Positions 1 through 13,683 are shown, numbered from the stretch's first letter. The stretch is DNA of 64,000 bases from Eledone cirrhosa (GCA_964016885.1 OZ024741.1:66960001-67024000); one strand, 5' to 3'. Notes: generated by a model from the sequence alone, not told the origin. Translations and numbers: made by a program.

Positions 1-423
1 GCCATGTTGAAAGAGGTTATTTGGTGGACAAGATTGAAAGGTCTGAGGTCAGGCAACTTCCTCTCTGGCCATAGTCTGGTCTACTTCTTCCGATATCACT
101 TCGGAAGATGGATAAGCATGGAGAGAGAGGTGCTTGGCCACAGGCAGTTTTATGAAAGGTGGGTGATAGTGGCGAGAATGGCTCGTGTAAATGGGCCTTC
201 TCTGTATACCATCCTGTAAGTAAAGAAGTGAATGAGAGGGGAGCACCTTCTCCATGTGCTCCCCGGGCAAAGGATTGCACACTTTTTCGGGGCCCCCATC
301 ACGTCCCCTCCCTTTTGAGGTTGTTTTCGATTATTTTCATTTTATACCCTTTTTACTCGGTTTTATGTAAACCCCCTCTTTGTATTTGTCCCTTCTTTTT
401 ATGCCTTTATGGTAAATATAGAA
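1..423 (+). mobile_element. 3' end of an L1/Tx1-like LINE (ORF2 C-terminus plus T-rich 3' UTR), ending in a (TCTA)n tract
   Basis: ORF 4..219 (KEVIWWTR...F...ER..L...FYERW) resembles the IW..R / F...W C-terminal signature of L1/Tx1 ORF2; followed by a T-rich UTR and the microsatellite at 425-478. Confidence 0.55.
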
Positions 424-477
<54 letters not shown>

Positions 478-1040
478 ATATAATTACATTCAAAATATTT
501 TGTTCACAGCTGGGCTATTTTCAAAAATATATAATTGACATGTCCAAAATGCTGCGCAGTAGCAATGAACTCGTAACCACAATTACATAATATTTTACGG
601 GAAAAAAAAGATGGAACTATTTGTGCTTATCTTACCTTCCACCAATAGTCCAAAATAAGCGATACATAAATAACCCAGCATTACAACATAAACATGATTT
701 ATCTCAATACCATTACTGCACTTGAGCTGATGAACACAACCACAAAGATATGGTCCGAACGAGGAAGAACCGAACTCCCACTGTCATCGCCCCCCTCCCA
801 TCTCTGCGTATGGTGAGCAAATAAGGTTCCACGTGCTGGCCTCCCCACAGCCCCGGCGGACAGAATGGAGAAGGCGTGTCCCCGGAGGATGGTAAAGGAG
901 ATGCGTGGTAGAAAACAGATTTAATGTCGGGAGGGATTTAGTTAAAAAGAAACACTTGGTATGGAGGAACTGGAACTGGAAAATATGGTGAATTTTGGTA
1001 ATTATGTACATAATGACTACGGTGGGGATATTGGTGGACT

Positions 1041-1552
1041 ATGATGGTGATGATGGTGATGGTGATGATGATGGTGATGGTGATGATGGTGATGATGGTG
1101 ATGGTGATGATGGTGATGATGGTGATGGTGATGATGGTGATGATGGTGATGGTGGTGATGATGGTGATGGTGATGATGATGGTGATGATGGTGATGATGG
1201 TGATGATGGTGAGGGTGATGGTGATGGTGATGATGGTGATGATGGTGATGGTGGTGATGATGGTGATGGTGATGATGATGGTGATGATGGTGATGATGGT
1301 GATGATGGTGATAATGATGATGATGGTGATGATAGTGATGGTGATGGTGATGATGGTGATGGTGATGATGATGGTGGTGGTGATGGTGATGATGGTGATG
1401 TTGATGGTGATGATGGTGATGATGGTGATGATGGTGATAATGATGATGATGGTGATGATAGTGATGGTGATGGTGATGATGGTGATGGTGATGATGATGG
1501 TGGTGGTGATGGTGATGATGGTGATGTTGATGGTGATGTTGATGTTGATGCT

Positions 1553-1583
<31 letters not shown>

Positions 1584-1749
1584 TTGATGATGGATATGAT
1601 GATGGCGATTATGTTGATAATGATGATGATGATGAAAGAGATTACGTTGAGGATGATAAATATGATGATGGTGATGATTATGATGAAAGTGATTATGTTA
1701 ATAATGATGAATATGATGAAGATGATGATGATGATGATGATGATGATGA
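1041..1749. repeat. (GAT/GGT)n trinucleotide array
   Basis: Direct reading; explains the poly-D/G, poly-M/V and poly-I/T ORFs. Confidence 0.95.
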
Positions 1750-1884
1750 GTAGGGGGAGGAGGTTGGCGGTGGGGAAGCTAACGATGAGAGTGAGCATTT
1801 TAATATTAGTGAGGATTATGGTGACAGTAACTATGGTGATGATGATGATGTGCCTGTGTGTTATCAGGGAGTGATGAGACTGAC

Positions 1885-3560
1885 GATGATGGTGGTGGTG
1901 GTGGTGGTGATGGTGGTGGCGGTGGTGGTGATGGTGGAGTGGTGGTGTTGGTGGTGGTGGTTGTGGTGTTGGCGGGGGTGGTGGTAGTGGTGGTGGTGTT
2001 GGTGGTGGTGTTGGTGGTGGTAGTGGTGGTGGTGGTGGTGTTGGTGTGGTGGTGGTGTTGGTGGTGGTGGTGGTTGTGGTTGTGGTGATGGCGGGGTGGT
2101 GGTGTTGGTGCGGGTGTTGGTTGTGGTTGTGGTTGGTGGTGAGTGGTGGTGGTGGTGTTGTTTGTGGTGGTGGTGGTGGTGATGGTGGTAGTGGTGGTGG
2201 TTGTGGTGATGGCGGGGGGGGGTTGTGGTCGTTGTGGTGATGGCGGGGGGGGGGGGGGTTGTGGTGTTGGCGGGGTGGTGGTGGTGGTGTTGGTGGTGGT
2301 GTTGGTGGTGGTTGTGGTGGTCGTGGCGATGGCGGGGGGGGGGGGTGATGGCGGGGTGGTGGTGTTGGTGCGGGTGTTGGTTGTGGTTGTGGTTGGTGGT
2401 GACTGGTGGTGGTGGTGTTGTTTGTGGTGGCGGTGGTGGTGATGGTGGTAGTGGTGGTGGTTGTGGTGATGGCGGGGGGGGGGGGTTGTGGTGTTGGCGG
2501 GGTGGTGGTGGTGGTGTTGGTGGTGGTTGTGGTGGTTGTGGTGTTGGCGGGGTGGTGGTGTTGGTGGTGGTGGTAGTGGTGGTAGTGGTGGTGGTGGTGG
2601 TGATGGCGGGGGGGGGGGGGGGGGGGGGGGTGATGGCGGGGTGGTGGTGTTGGTGCGGGTGTTGGTTGTGGTTGTGGTTGGTGGTGAGTGGTGGTGGTGG
2701 TGTTGTTTGTGGTGGTGGTGGTGGTGATGGTGGTAGTGGTGGTGGTTGTGGTGATGGCGGGGGGGGGGGGGGGGGTTGTAGTGGTTGTGGTGTTGGCGGG
2801 GTGGTGGTGGTGGTGGTGTTGGTGGTGTTTGTGGTGGTTGTGGTGTTGGCGGGGTGGTGGTGTTGGTGGTGTTGATGGTGGTGGTAGTGGTGGTGGTCGT
2901 GGTGATGGCGGGGGGGTTTGTGGTGGTTGTGGTGTTGGCGGGGTGGTGGTGGTGGTGGTGTTGGTGGTGGTTGTGGTGGTTGTGGTGTTGGCGGAGTGGT
3001 GGTGTAGGTGGTGGTGTTGGTGGTGTTTGTGGTGGTTGTGGTGTTGGCGGAGGGTGGTGTTGGTGGTGGTTGTGGTTGGTGGTGGTGGTGAGTGGTGGTG
3101 GTGGCAGTGTTGTTGGTGGTTGTGGTGATGGCGGGGTGGTGTTGGTGGTGGTGGTAGTAGTGGTGGTGGTGGTGGTGGTAGCGGTGGTCGTGGTGGTTGT
3201 GGTGGTGGATGTGGTGGTGGTGGTGGCGGGGTGGTGGTGGTGGTGGTAATGGCGGCGTGGTGGTGTTGGTGGTGGTGTTGGTGGTGAGGTGTTGGTGATG
3301 GTGGGGTGGTGGTGGTGTGATGCTGGTGGGGTGGTGGTGTTGGTGATGGTGGGGTGGTGGTGGTGTGATGGTGGTGGTGGTGATGATGGTGGCGTGGTGG
3401 TGTTGGTGGTGGTGATGGTGGTGATGGTGGTTGTGGTGCTGGTGGTGGTTGTGGTGCTGGTAGTGGTGGTGGTGGTGGTCATTGTCGTGTTGTTGGTCGG
3501 GTGGTGGTGTTGGTAGTGGAGGTGGTTGTGGTGGTGGTGGTTGTAGTAATGGTGGTGATA
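1885..3560. repeat. (GGT)n-rich G-rich array with higher-order repeats and poly-G runs
   Basis: Direct reading; a ~130-bp block starting ggtgatggcggggtggtggtgttggtgcggg recurs near 2084, 2343 and 2629. Confidence 0.9.
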
Positions 3561-3617
3561 ATTAGGCTTAGTAGTAGTAGTAGCATTAGTGGTAGATAAT
3601 TAGGGTTACGGCCATGT

Positions 3618-4062
3618 TGATGATGATGATGATGATAAAAGGGGATAACTGTTTCTACGTTTGGCCCAAGGCCAGCAATTATTCACTGCATTATTGGTAC
3701 TAATGATGATTATGTTGACGTTAATGATGCTGCTGATGGTGATGACAATAATAATGAAGGTGATGGTGATGATGATGATGGTGGTGATGGTGATGATGAT
3801 GATGGTGATGATGATGGTGGTGATGACAATAATAATGAAGGTGATGGTGATGGTGGTGATGATAATGATGATGGGTGATGATGATGGTGATGGTGATGAG
3901 AAATGTTGCTAGAGTCTCAACATCATTAGAAGATGTCAGTATACTTCAGAAAAAGTCTTTCTATCACTTGCAACAACTAATCCCTCAGGTACTGCTTGAT
4001 TGATTTAAATTGAATTATCTCGGATTAGTAGTGTTTCTTTAGAACTACCACTACTGCTGCTG

Positions 4063-4142
<80 letters not shown>

Positions 4143-4173
4143 CCTAGAACTATTTATGCTGCTGCTGCTTCTG

Positions 4174-4204
<31 letters not shown>

Positions 4205-4343
4205 AACTACTACTACTACTACAACTACTACTACTACTACTACATCTGCCGCTACTGCTGCTGCTGCTGCTGCTGCTACTAGTACTACTATTACTCCTAC
4301 TACTAGTACTACTACACCATCTGCTACTATACTACTACTACTA

Positions 4344-4410
<67 letters not shown>

Positions 4411-4420
4411 GCTACTACAA
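3618..4420. repeat. (GAT)n array followed by (CTA)n/(CTG)n arrays
   Basis: Direct reading of 3618-3900 and 4044-4420. Confidence 0.9.
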
Positions 4421-4426
4421 TCATTA

Positions 4427-4720
4427 GGTCGCAGGCTCGATCTAATTGTTATTGCTCGATCAAATGTTATTGATCAAAGCCTCGGGTCGAACCACGTCCT
4501 TGTCAACAACATTGGGTACACGGTAACTGTTTGGAAGCCCATCGAACAGGTTGTCCCTGTTATTCAGATGGCTAGCCTTGACATACAGTGTCAATTTGAA
4601 TTTCCCTGAGAATTACAGTAAATATGCACGTGTCTGTGGAATGCTCAGCCACTTACACGATAAATTCCCGAGGAGGCTATTCTGTTGATCGAACAACTGA
4701 ACAGCCATCGTCGAAACCAT
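4427..4720 (+). mobile_element. SINE-like interspersed repeat (family B); related copies near 9680-9835 and 57300-57545
   Basis: Shared block tccctgagaatta..gtgtctgtggaatgctcagccacttacacg..aa..tgttccgttga.cgaacaactg at three dispersed loci; B-box-like ggctcgatc / gggttcgac upstream. Confidence 0.6.
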
Positions 4721-4747
4721 CTATCTATCTATCCATCGATTATTATT

Positions 4748-5003
4748 TGGCAGTATCGGTAGAGGTTTCGGACGCCATGCTTTGCTGCAAAGATTACGGC
4801 CCTTTTTGGTCTGAGTTCAAATCCCGCCGAGGTTAACTTTGCCTTTTATCCTTACGGGGTCGATAAAATAAGGTACGAGTAATACATTGGGGTAATTGCT
4901 GTCGTGGTGTCAAAAGTAGAAACAATTATTACAAGTGTAATAAAGTACCAGTAATACACTGAAATAATTGCTGGCCTTGTGCCTAAACTAGAAACAATTA
5001 TTA
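4748..5003 (+). mobile_element. tRNA-derived SINE (family A) with duplicated 3' tail
   Basis: A box TGGCAGTATCGG, B box GAGTTCAAATCC, core tttgccttt(c)atccttacggggtcgataaaataa resembling the conserved Deu/Nin-type SINE domain, tail tagaaacaattatta; more than 10 copies in the window. Confidence 0.85.
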
Positions 5004-5244
5004 CAAGTGTAGGGAGACAAGGTAAGGTCAAGAATTTGGCTTTGTAGCAATGTCGTTCCGAGATCACGTGTACTCCGGCGCACCTTCAGTAAGTACATAC
5101 TTAAATAAAAATAAATAAAAATGAAGAGTTAGTGGTAGTGGTGGCTGAAAAACCGTCGATCACGAATTTGTTCTACCAGAGCATAAAAGGTGAAAATGTG
5201 TTAATTAAATAATAACAAACGAAATAAGATACACACACATAGGC

Positions 5245-5318
<74 letters not shown>

Positions 5319-5347
5319 GTCTACGTGTGTGTATCTTATTTCGTTTG

Positions 5348-5430
<83 letters not shown>

Positions 5431-5591
5431 TGTCTCATATAAAATAATACAACTGGCTATCCGCAAAATACGTATAGTTAGCACCCCCAAACGTATAATT
5501 GGGATTATACTAAGGTATATCCTAATGTTTGTTGAGTGAGACGGAAGCCGGTCGGAGTATTGCTTAAAGCTTTCTCTGTTAATGTATTAAA

Positions 5592-5625
<34 letters not shown>

Positions 5626-5784
5626 TATATTTTTTCTTTTGAGTATATGTTGGTTGTATACCAACACCTCAATAAGCAGAGTGGAGCACTCGACGAAGTG
5701 CGCAGGTTGGTTTGGGTACTCCGGAGTAATGTAAAATAAACTAAAATAAATAAGTCAAATATTTAAAATTCGGCTTCGTTTATT

Positions 5785-5839
5785 ACTGCTATATATATTT
5801 CGGTGACAGCCATCTTTGGCTGTGACCTCTTCAGGCAGT
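5785..5839 (-). ncRNA. Minimal type I hammerhead ribozyme
   Basis: Minus strand: actgc CTGAAGA ggtcacagcca-aaga-tggctgtcacc GAAA t-atat-a TA gcagt; stem I actgc/gcagt, long stem II, palindromic stem III loop. Confidence 0.85.
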
Positions 5840-6525
5840 CCGAATTAGTGTGGTAGAGACGAGTACACATGTTGTTGAGGTGTTTAACTTTGTCAATACT
5901 CTGATATGCCCAGTTCCTGGTTGGGTTGTTATTTCACTGAGGAACTGGAATCATATGAATTTAAACAAACGAATTTCAGCGTCAAAGGACATCCTCTCCT
6001 CCCATTGGTCAGTTGTGAGAACATTCCTCAGTCAAAAGTCTATAGAAATTCGTTCTGAGGCGAGGCAATCTGTAGTGGTTGTTCTTGTTATTGTTAAGTA
6101 CATCTGACCTCTATCCTTATGTTGGTAGTGGTGTTGGTGCTGGAGTCAGCTTAATTCCAGCTGCTACTGATTTTAGAAAGATCTGTGTGTGTTGGCATCT
6201 ATCTTGCCACCAGTTCTCGTGGTAGTGGTGGTGGTGGGGGTGGGTGGGTTGCCAAGCATTTCTGTCAACAACTTACTGGCGAAACAGATCTCTTTGGATT
6301 TGTACGTGTGTTATATAGTTATAGAGGTATTTATTTACGCTTTAATTTATATTTTTAATTATCGTGTCTATAGTCTGCCTTTCATAGGTTATAGATTCCA
6401 TACACTGGTGGTTTTTTCCCTGTTCTATTGATAGCGCACTGTATCTCTCTCTAGTGTGTTACCTTTTCAACATATTGTATATATATATGTATGTATGTAT
6501 GGATGTATGTATGTATATATATATA

Positions 6526-6568
<43 letters not shown>

Positions 6569-6880
6569 AAAAATACGATGAAATAATACACAAAATTATA
6601 CCTATTTTCTTTTTCAGATCCCGGCTGCAATATCCCCGAAATCGTTTACAGTGATATAAAGTGCATAATCACCGTGAGGTTGATAGGACCTATCAAGTGA
6701 CCCCTAAAAAAAGGGATTCTTCTAGACGCCTTCGTAGCAAGTGAGAAATTCTCGAGAGGCCGAGTGAGAAATCAACACGTGATACAGTGATCAAAAGAGG
6801 ACTATTTCCTGATTCGTTCGTAGAAGTTAGAAATTATCGATAGGTGGAGGGAGAGGTTAACACGTGATGCAGTGGTCAAA

Positions 6881-7621
6881 TCGTTTTTTTGGGCTATGCG
6901 AATGATTGTTTCAGTGTGTTTGGCCTTTAACGTTTGTTATAGCTCTGGTTCATCTGAATCATTGAGCACTTGCCGCACATCTCGGAGGTTGCTTTTCGTT
7001 ATTTCGTGGGCCGAAATGCGAATCTCGATAATTTATGTTTGTATTACTCTCCAGACTCTAGCTATTGACCAGTTAATTTTCTTGATTTAATAGTTGATTC
7101 TATTGACTGATGAATAGCTTATGTTAATTTTAACCCTTCTGTTGAGAACTCTATTCGATTTGTGATGTTTTTGCATTCTTGCAAAAATATACACAACTGA
7201 ATTCATTCGCCTGATATAGGGGTTGCCTCCCTTGCCGATCCCCACGTGAGGTCAGCAATAGTCAGTCCTTGTATTAACATTGAACTAAAACCTGTTGAGA
7301 AAGTGGCTTCCTTGTTCAATCATCTTACCAGAAGCCTGACATTATTTATGTAAGCGGACGGTACTTGATTTAGGAGCCGTAGAAACCCATATACTGGATT
7401 TTACCAACCTTCCAGGGGTCCGGGTAAATTTTCAATACCCGAATTACTTGATCGTTTTTTTGGCTATGCGAATGATTGTTTAACCATCGTCTCAGTGTGT
7501 TTGGCCTTTAACGTTTGTTATAGCTCTGGTTCATCTGAATTATTGAGCACTTGCCGCACATCTCGGAGGTTGTTTATCGTTATTTCGTGGGCCGAAATGC
7601 GAATCTCGATAATTTATGTTT
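6881..7621. repeat. Unclassified repeat with ~160-bp direct repeats (6881-7041 and 7453-7621); diverged inverted paralog at ~23975-24395
   Basis: Near-identical blocks tcgtttttttggctatgcgaatgattg...ctcgataatttatgttt; right end abuts (TA)n. Confidence 0.75.
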
Positions 7622-8206
7622 ATATATATATATATATATATATACCGATTTAACCGATATACGAAAAGATTCTTTCATATATCTAGATAAACATGTTTGT
7701 GTGAATATTTGCGCATGTGTGTGTCTTTGTATGTGGGTATGTGTGTGTTTGTATGTGTTGTATGTGTGTATTTGTTTAAAATATATATGTGTGCATGTAT
7801 GCGCGTAAATCTATATGTAGCATGCGAATTTACGTGAATGAATTAATTATTTTAAACCCATATATTATTTTGAAATAATTGGTATTAATTGAACCTATGC
7901 ATATGTGCCAAATTGTTTTTTGTTTCTTTTCCCCCAAAATATTTCTCTGACCAATAAGACAAGCACACATACACACACTACACATATATGTGCGTATGTA
8001 CCTACACACACACGCGCGCATGCACACACGCGTACGCGTGCACACATGTGTGTGTATTTATATATACACTCTCACTCATACACACTCATACTCTCTAAAA
8101 CTATATTCCAAAAAGAGTATTTCTTTTCCAACCCTAATTTTGCCAATCCCATTTACCTCTCTCACACCTACAATTTGTCTCTAGCTCACATTTCCCCTCT
8201 GCACCC

Positions 8207-8298
8207 TTGACCAGTCCATTGACACAATTGAGATACACACACGTATTTACACTCTTGACCAGTCCATTGACACAATTGAGATACACACACGTATTTAC
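8207..8298. repeat. 47-bp tandem duplication
   Basis: ttgaccagtccattgacacaattgagatacacacacgtatttaca occurs twice. Confidence 0.9.
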
Positions 8299-8473
8299 AG
8301 AAAATTTCCCTCTCTCTAAAAATAATTTTGTTCTGTGTGAAAAACACAACTACCTAAATTATTCCTCTCATTTCTTTTCAATTACGAATCAAAGAAGAAA
8401 CAAGAAAAACAGATCCTTTAAATATACATTTCGTGTTATTTCCAATTCCACTTTCTCTCTCCCTGTCTCTGTT

Positions 8474-8557
<84 letters not shown>

Positions 8558-8561
8558 TCTC

Positions 8562-8595
<34 letters not shown>

Positions 8596-8952
8596 TCACA
8601 CACGCGCACACACACACGCACGCACACACACACACATACACACACACAAATGCATATGCTTCTGTGTGTATCTTCTAATCAACATATACTTCAATAAACT
8701 TTCTTGTAAATGTGAAAATGTTAAGCAAAGGTTAGAAAAACTGTTGATATATTGCTTGTAATTAAAGTGCAGCATAGGCTGAACGATATGTAAAAACATT
8801 CTCGCTTTATGTATAGTTGACTGAATATCTTTTAAGTTGGCTAATTTCAACATAACATGTTTGTACATCTCTATGAGAACGACTGAACATTTTTGTTGAA
8901 ATTGCTTTCATTTAAAACCAAATTTTGTGAGTGAATGAGACAAAAAATAAAA

Positions 8953-9580
8953 TATGAGGTTAGGCTGAAACGTTCATAGGCTGACTATGAAGGAGCTGTG
9001 AAATCTTGCAGATATTAATTTAAACTCTTATTATTAACTTATTAATAACTGCATTGTCTCTTTCTAGGGACTATGTTGAAAAATAAACCTCATTTGGTCA
9101 TTTCATGATAGTATTTTGGTCAGCCTATGAAGGAGGGATGTTAGAGCTGTGAAATCTTGCATGTATTAATTTCAACTCTTCTTATCAATAACTGCATTGT
9201 TTCTTTCTAGGGACTGTGTTGAAAAATATACCTCATTTGGTCATTCCATGATAGTGTCTCGGTCAGTCTACGAAAGAGTGATGTTAGAGCTGTGAAATCT
9301 TCTATGTATTCATTTCAAATCTTCTTATTGATAACTGAATTGTTTCTTTCTAGGGACTGTGTTGAAAAACAAACCTCATTTGGTTATTCCATGATAGTGT
9401 CTCGGTCAGCCTATGAAGGATTGGTGTTAGAGCTGTGAAATCTTACATGTATTAATTTCAACTCTTCTTATCAATAACTGCATTGTTTCTTTCTAGTGAA
9501 CTATGTCGAAAAATAAAACCCACTTGATTATTGCATGAGAGGATCTTGGTTAGCTTATGAATTTTCAGCCGACTCTAGTA
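8953..9580. mobile_element. Tc1/mariner-type MITE with four internal ~143-bp tandem units
   Basis: Imperfect TIRs tatgaggttaggctgaaacgttcataggctgac / gttagcttatgaattttcagccgactctagta with TA ends; agctgtgaaatctt at 8994, 9145, 9288 and 9431. Confidence 0.7.
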
Positions 9581-10357
9581 TACGTACGATAATTCTCAGG
9601 ATACATTCGTTTATTATATTACTGGATAATCCATGTCACTCAAATGGTTAAAATACGTCGTGTGTCTGAAATTCAAAGAGTCAGCTTTCTCATATTCTGT
9701 GTTACGCTGACTCTCCCTGAGAATTAAGTTACGAGGAAACGTTTTTGTGTAATGCTCAGCTTCTTGTACGTTAATTTCAGGGGCAAGTTGTTCCGTTAAT
9801 CGAATTAATTTAAATATTCATAGTCTGAACCGACCACCATTTTTAGTCATGCCAGAACACCCCCATAAAAGGTTCTTTCTTTTCATTTATTCCCCTATAT
9901 AACAAGTATTTTACCGTTTAACCTAGATTTTCACCACCAGGCATGCACATTCAAAGAAGTACACACACATTCTCTCACCCTCTCTCTCATCTCTCTCACA
10001 CACACAGACATATACACACGAACACACACTCTCTCTCACACTCACACACACGCATATATACATACGTTTTGATTCTGTACAGATACCACTCACAAAACAT
10101 TGGTTAGCTGGCACTACAGTAGAGACACTCCGCCAAACTGCCTCTCTTTGGAATCGAACCACGAAGCACACGGGAAGAAGCCAATGCCTTAACTACATGT
10201 CTATTGCCACATGTTAGTATAGTTGAGTTAAATCATCGTTCATACAAAGGTGAATACATCTTAAATTTTCTTTTATATACAAAATCTGATATTTTCTCTG
10301 AGTAAAACTGAAGGAGGTTATTACTGTTGTTGTTTTTATTTACCTTTAGATCGACAC

Positions 10358-10440
10358 ACAAATGGCAAGAGACAGGAAAAGATGGAGAGTGCTGGTCCAT
10401 ACGTCCATGACCACCGACCCTCAGATATGATGATGGCATG
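10358..10440 (+). mobile_element. Extreme 3' end of an RTE-like LINE
   Basis: Translates QMARDRKRWRVLVHTS, matching the A.DR..WR C-terminal motif of RTE ORFs. Confidence 0.45.
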
Positions 10441-11841
10441 AGAGGGAAGGAAGATCAACACTGCTTGGGCATATATATGATAGCAAATGTTCCAGACATT
10501 AACGTTTTTTAGTGGATAAGCAGGAGTATATGATTCAATATGCTCATTCAATATGCTCATTCAATATTCCAAACAGAAAATGTGAATTTTCAGATGATAT
10601 AACTGTTATTTTTAACATGGCAATTAACCACCGCCAGTTTCATGTGATCGAAACTGATTGGCACTCGTAGAAGTTTCTTCTTTGTGGTCCAAACTTCTAT
10701 TGCTGAGCCACTCTCACTCTTCATCGGATCACCTTTAATATCTTCCATAAGTATCTACCATAAGCACACGTAAATTATATAGGATCAGCACCCAGGCCCG
10801 TAGCAGAGTCTGAGTATGCTGTCTTAACGAGATTCTGAACCTCTTTCGCAATTGGGGCCGTTAGACTGAGATTTGTTGTTGTTGGAGGTGGTTGAGGAAT
10901 GCTTTCGTAGATTCGACTTCATGTTCTACCATCGGATCGTTTAGGGTATATTGTAGGAAGCGATGAAACCCTCTCTTTGTTTTGCATCTCGCAGGGTGGC
11001 CAAAATCCTCCTCCTAATCAAACAAGCTTGGTGGAGTTGCGGGTTTATTCGTGGACGACGCGATCATGCGATTGCTTGTACTGGGTTACATGTTACCAAC
11101 AACACCCAGGAGCGACCTGACATACATACATAATACATAATACATGCATACATACATATACACATACATACATGCATACATACACATATCCATATATATA
11201 TATACATACAAACATGAATACATACATACAAACATACATACATGTATACATAACATATATATCGGAAGTATTTATCTTTGGTGAGGAGAAGATAAATTAG
11301 AGTGTAAATATATGATGCGCATCGCATCATGTCATTTGTATATTTGTATATCAGTATGGTATATATGTAATGTTTATAATTAGAGATATCAGTTTTTGCT
11401 CTCGTGTGTGTTGAGAGAATATAAATGGAAAATTTCCACTTAATTTACTTTGACAAGAACAACTCTCCTGGAAACTTCATACATTATCAGGAAATGATTT
11501 TGATGAAGTAATATATAATAGCCTGTTCTTTCACAACCAGACAATAAATGAGTATCATCACGACTGACAAAAAATACATCACAACAACAAGAACAAGAAC
11601 ATCACAATAACAAGAACATCACAACAACAGGAACAACAGATACAAGCAGCTACAATGAAATACAATATCCAAGTGATAATAATTAATATCAATAAAAACA
11701 ATAATGGAGCAGACATGCCAGCCGTGACTATCATGTCTTATATTAGAAATATACTACATTATACGTGATAAACTAAACTGAACGATTACTTGCGTCATAA
11801 ATTCATAGTAGACAGCCGCTATAGATATATATGTGTATATA

Positions 11842-11988
<147 letters not shown>

Positions 11989-12169
11989 GAACAAGTAAGA
12001 CCCCGACGGCTGAGCTCAAGCCGTTTCGACGGCTAATTCTGGAATTAGCCGTCGAAACGGCTTGAGCTCAGCCGTCGGGGTCTTATTTGTTCCTATTACC
12101 CACTCTACTACCCTAAGTATTGAGTACTTTGGTGCGTTATGGTCCACCTGGTTCCTTACCACATTTCCT

Positions 12170-12172
<3 letters not shown>
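11989..12172. mobile_element. Fold-back element in (TA)n: 104-bp palindrome carrying HHR 3' halves, plus tail; relatives at ~23860-23965, 27785-27945 and 45185-45235
   Basis: 11989-12092 is self-complementary; each arm reads GAAACGGC-ttgagctca-GCCGTC (stem III plus GUC triplet); no CTGANGA present. Confidence 0.75.
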
Positions 12173-12204
<32 letters not shown>

Positions 12205-12249
12205 AAATGACAGGAGGCAGGACTTGTGTAAATCCTTGAAAGGTTTATT

Positions 12250-12307
12250 ATACTATGATCATTTCAATGACCGGGTTCCGTATGAATCCGGTGATATCAT
12301 CAGGTAT
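12250..12307 (-). ncRNA. Minimal type I hammerhead ribozyme; a truncated fold-back copy of the same family lies at 12472-12572
   Basis: Minus strand: atac CTGATGA t-atcaccgg...ccggtcat-t GAAA t-gatc-a TA gtat. Confidence 0.8.
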
Positions 12308-12714
12308 TCGAAATACAATAAATGAATGTAATAGGTAAAATCCATGGGGCTGAAAATCAAAAATCAAAGACAGGAGGACGACCGACCATCTAGCATCTTC
12401 CACTTTAGCCACAGCTCTATCCAGTGGTCAACCTTCAAACCCGAATATATATATATATATATATATATTATAATGAAATGACAGGAGGCTGGATTTGTGT
12501 AAATCCTTGAAAGGTTTATTATACTATGATCATTTCATTTACACAAATCCAGCCTCCTGTCATTTCATTATAATATTTAACTCCGTAATAGCACCACCAA
12601 CTACAAAAACAAAGACGGTTGAACTGCTTTACGTTGAGTACTCTCTATATTATTGCATTACGATTGACCATACGGAATAGACCAGCTCTATACAGTGGTG
12701 AACCTCAAACCTGA

Positions 12715-12763
<49 letters not shown>

Positions 12764-13238
12764 TCTCGAGTTTAATCGGGGGTAACCATAGTAAGTAAGG
12801 TACTCAATACACATTAGTAGAGTGAATACAACAAATTAAATATAGAAATGGCTCCTACAGGACTAGAACTGTTTCTTCTGATGATTTCCTTCGAACTTCA
12901 ATAACATTCTAATTTAAGTGTGTTACACGATTTCCCTGATTTTTACGAAGCGCTCTTGGGATAATGTTCAATAAAAGGGTGGTATGCTCATGCGCGGAGA
13001 TGTTATAAAATTGAATGAAGAGTCTTAAAAACAAAAAGAGAAGTAACCATCAACTGCTACGAGGGTTCGAACCTCGTATCTCCTAGACGGTATCTGGGAG
13101 TTACTAGGAGTGGGAGTTACTAAGAGGTTCGATTCCTGCTAGTACCCGATAGCAACATCTCTTTCAGTTTTCACCCTATATTATAATCTATGTTTAGCAT
13201 GAGCACACAACTCTTTATACTACACACATACACGCACA

Positions 13239-13304
<66 letters not shown>

Positions 13305-13560
13305 CCCTCCCGCTCTCTCTCTCTCTATCTATCTATCTCTCTTTCTCTCTCTCTCTATATATATATATAACTGTACATACTCACTGAGAAGTCAAATCAC
13401 GCAAACATTTGTGCAACTGTGTCTGTATGTATGTATGTATGTATGTATGTATGCATGTATGTATGTATGCATGTATGCATGTATGTATGTACATACACAA
13501 TTGCATGAAATCCTATCTGATACAATGATTAAGAGAGTTAATTAGTTTAGAATATTGATT

Positions 13561-13599
<39 letters not shown>

Positions 13600-13683
13600 T
13601 ACGTTATTCCGGGTTGAATCGGAGGTAACCACAGTAAGTAAGGTACTCAATACATTGCAGAGTATAACAGTTTTAATATAGAT

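Noticed and set aside
938-3516. Long ORFs of 250-558 aa (poly-D/G, poly-T/P/H, poly-V)
   Set aside because: Open in several frames on both strands because trinucleotide arrays lack stops; no domain content or splice evidence
4748-4830. tRNA genes at A-box/B-box motifs
   Set aside because: No cloverleaf; they continue into a SINE core and tail and are dispersed in many diverged copies
7200-7262. HDV-like ribozyme suggested by ggcgaatg on the minus strand
   Set aside because: I could form only a simple hairpin, not the nested P1/P2/P3/P1.1 double pseudoknot
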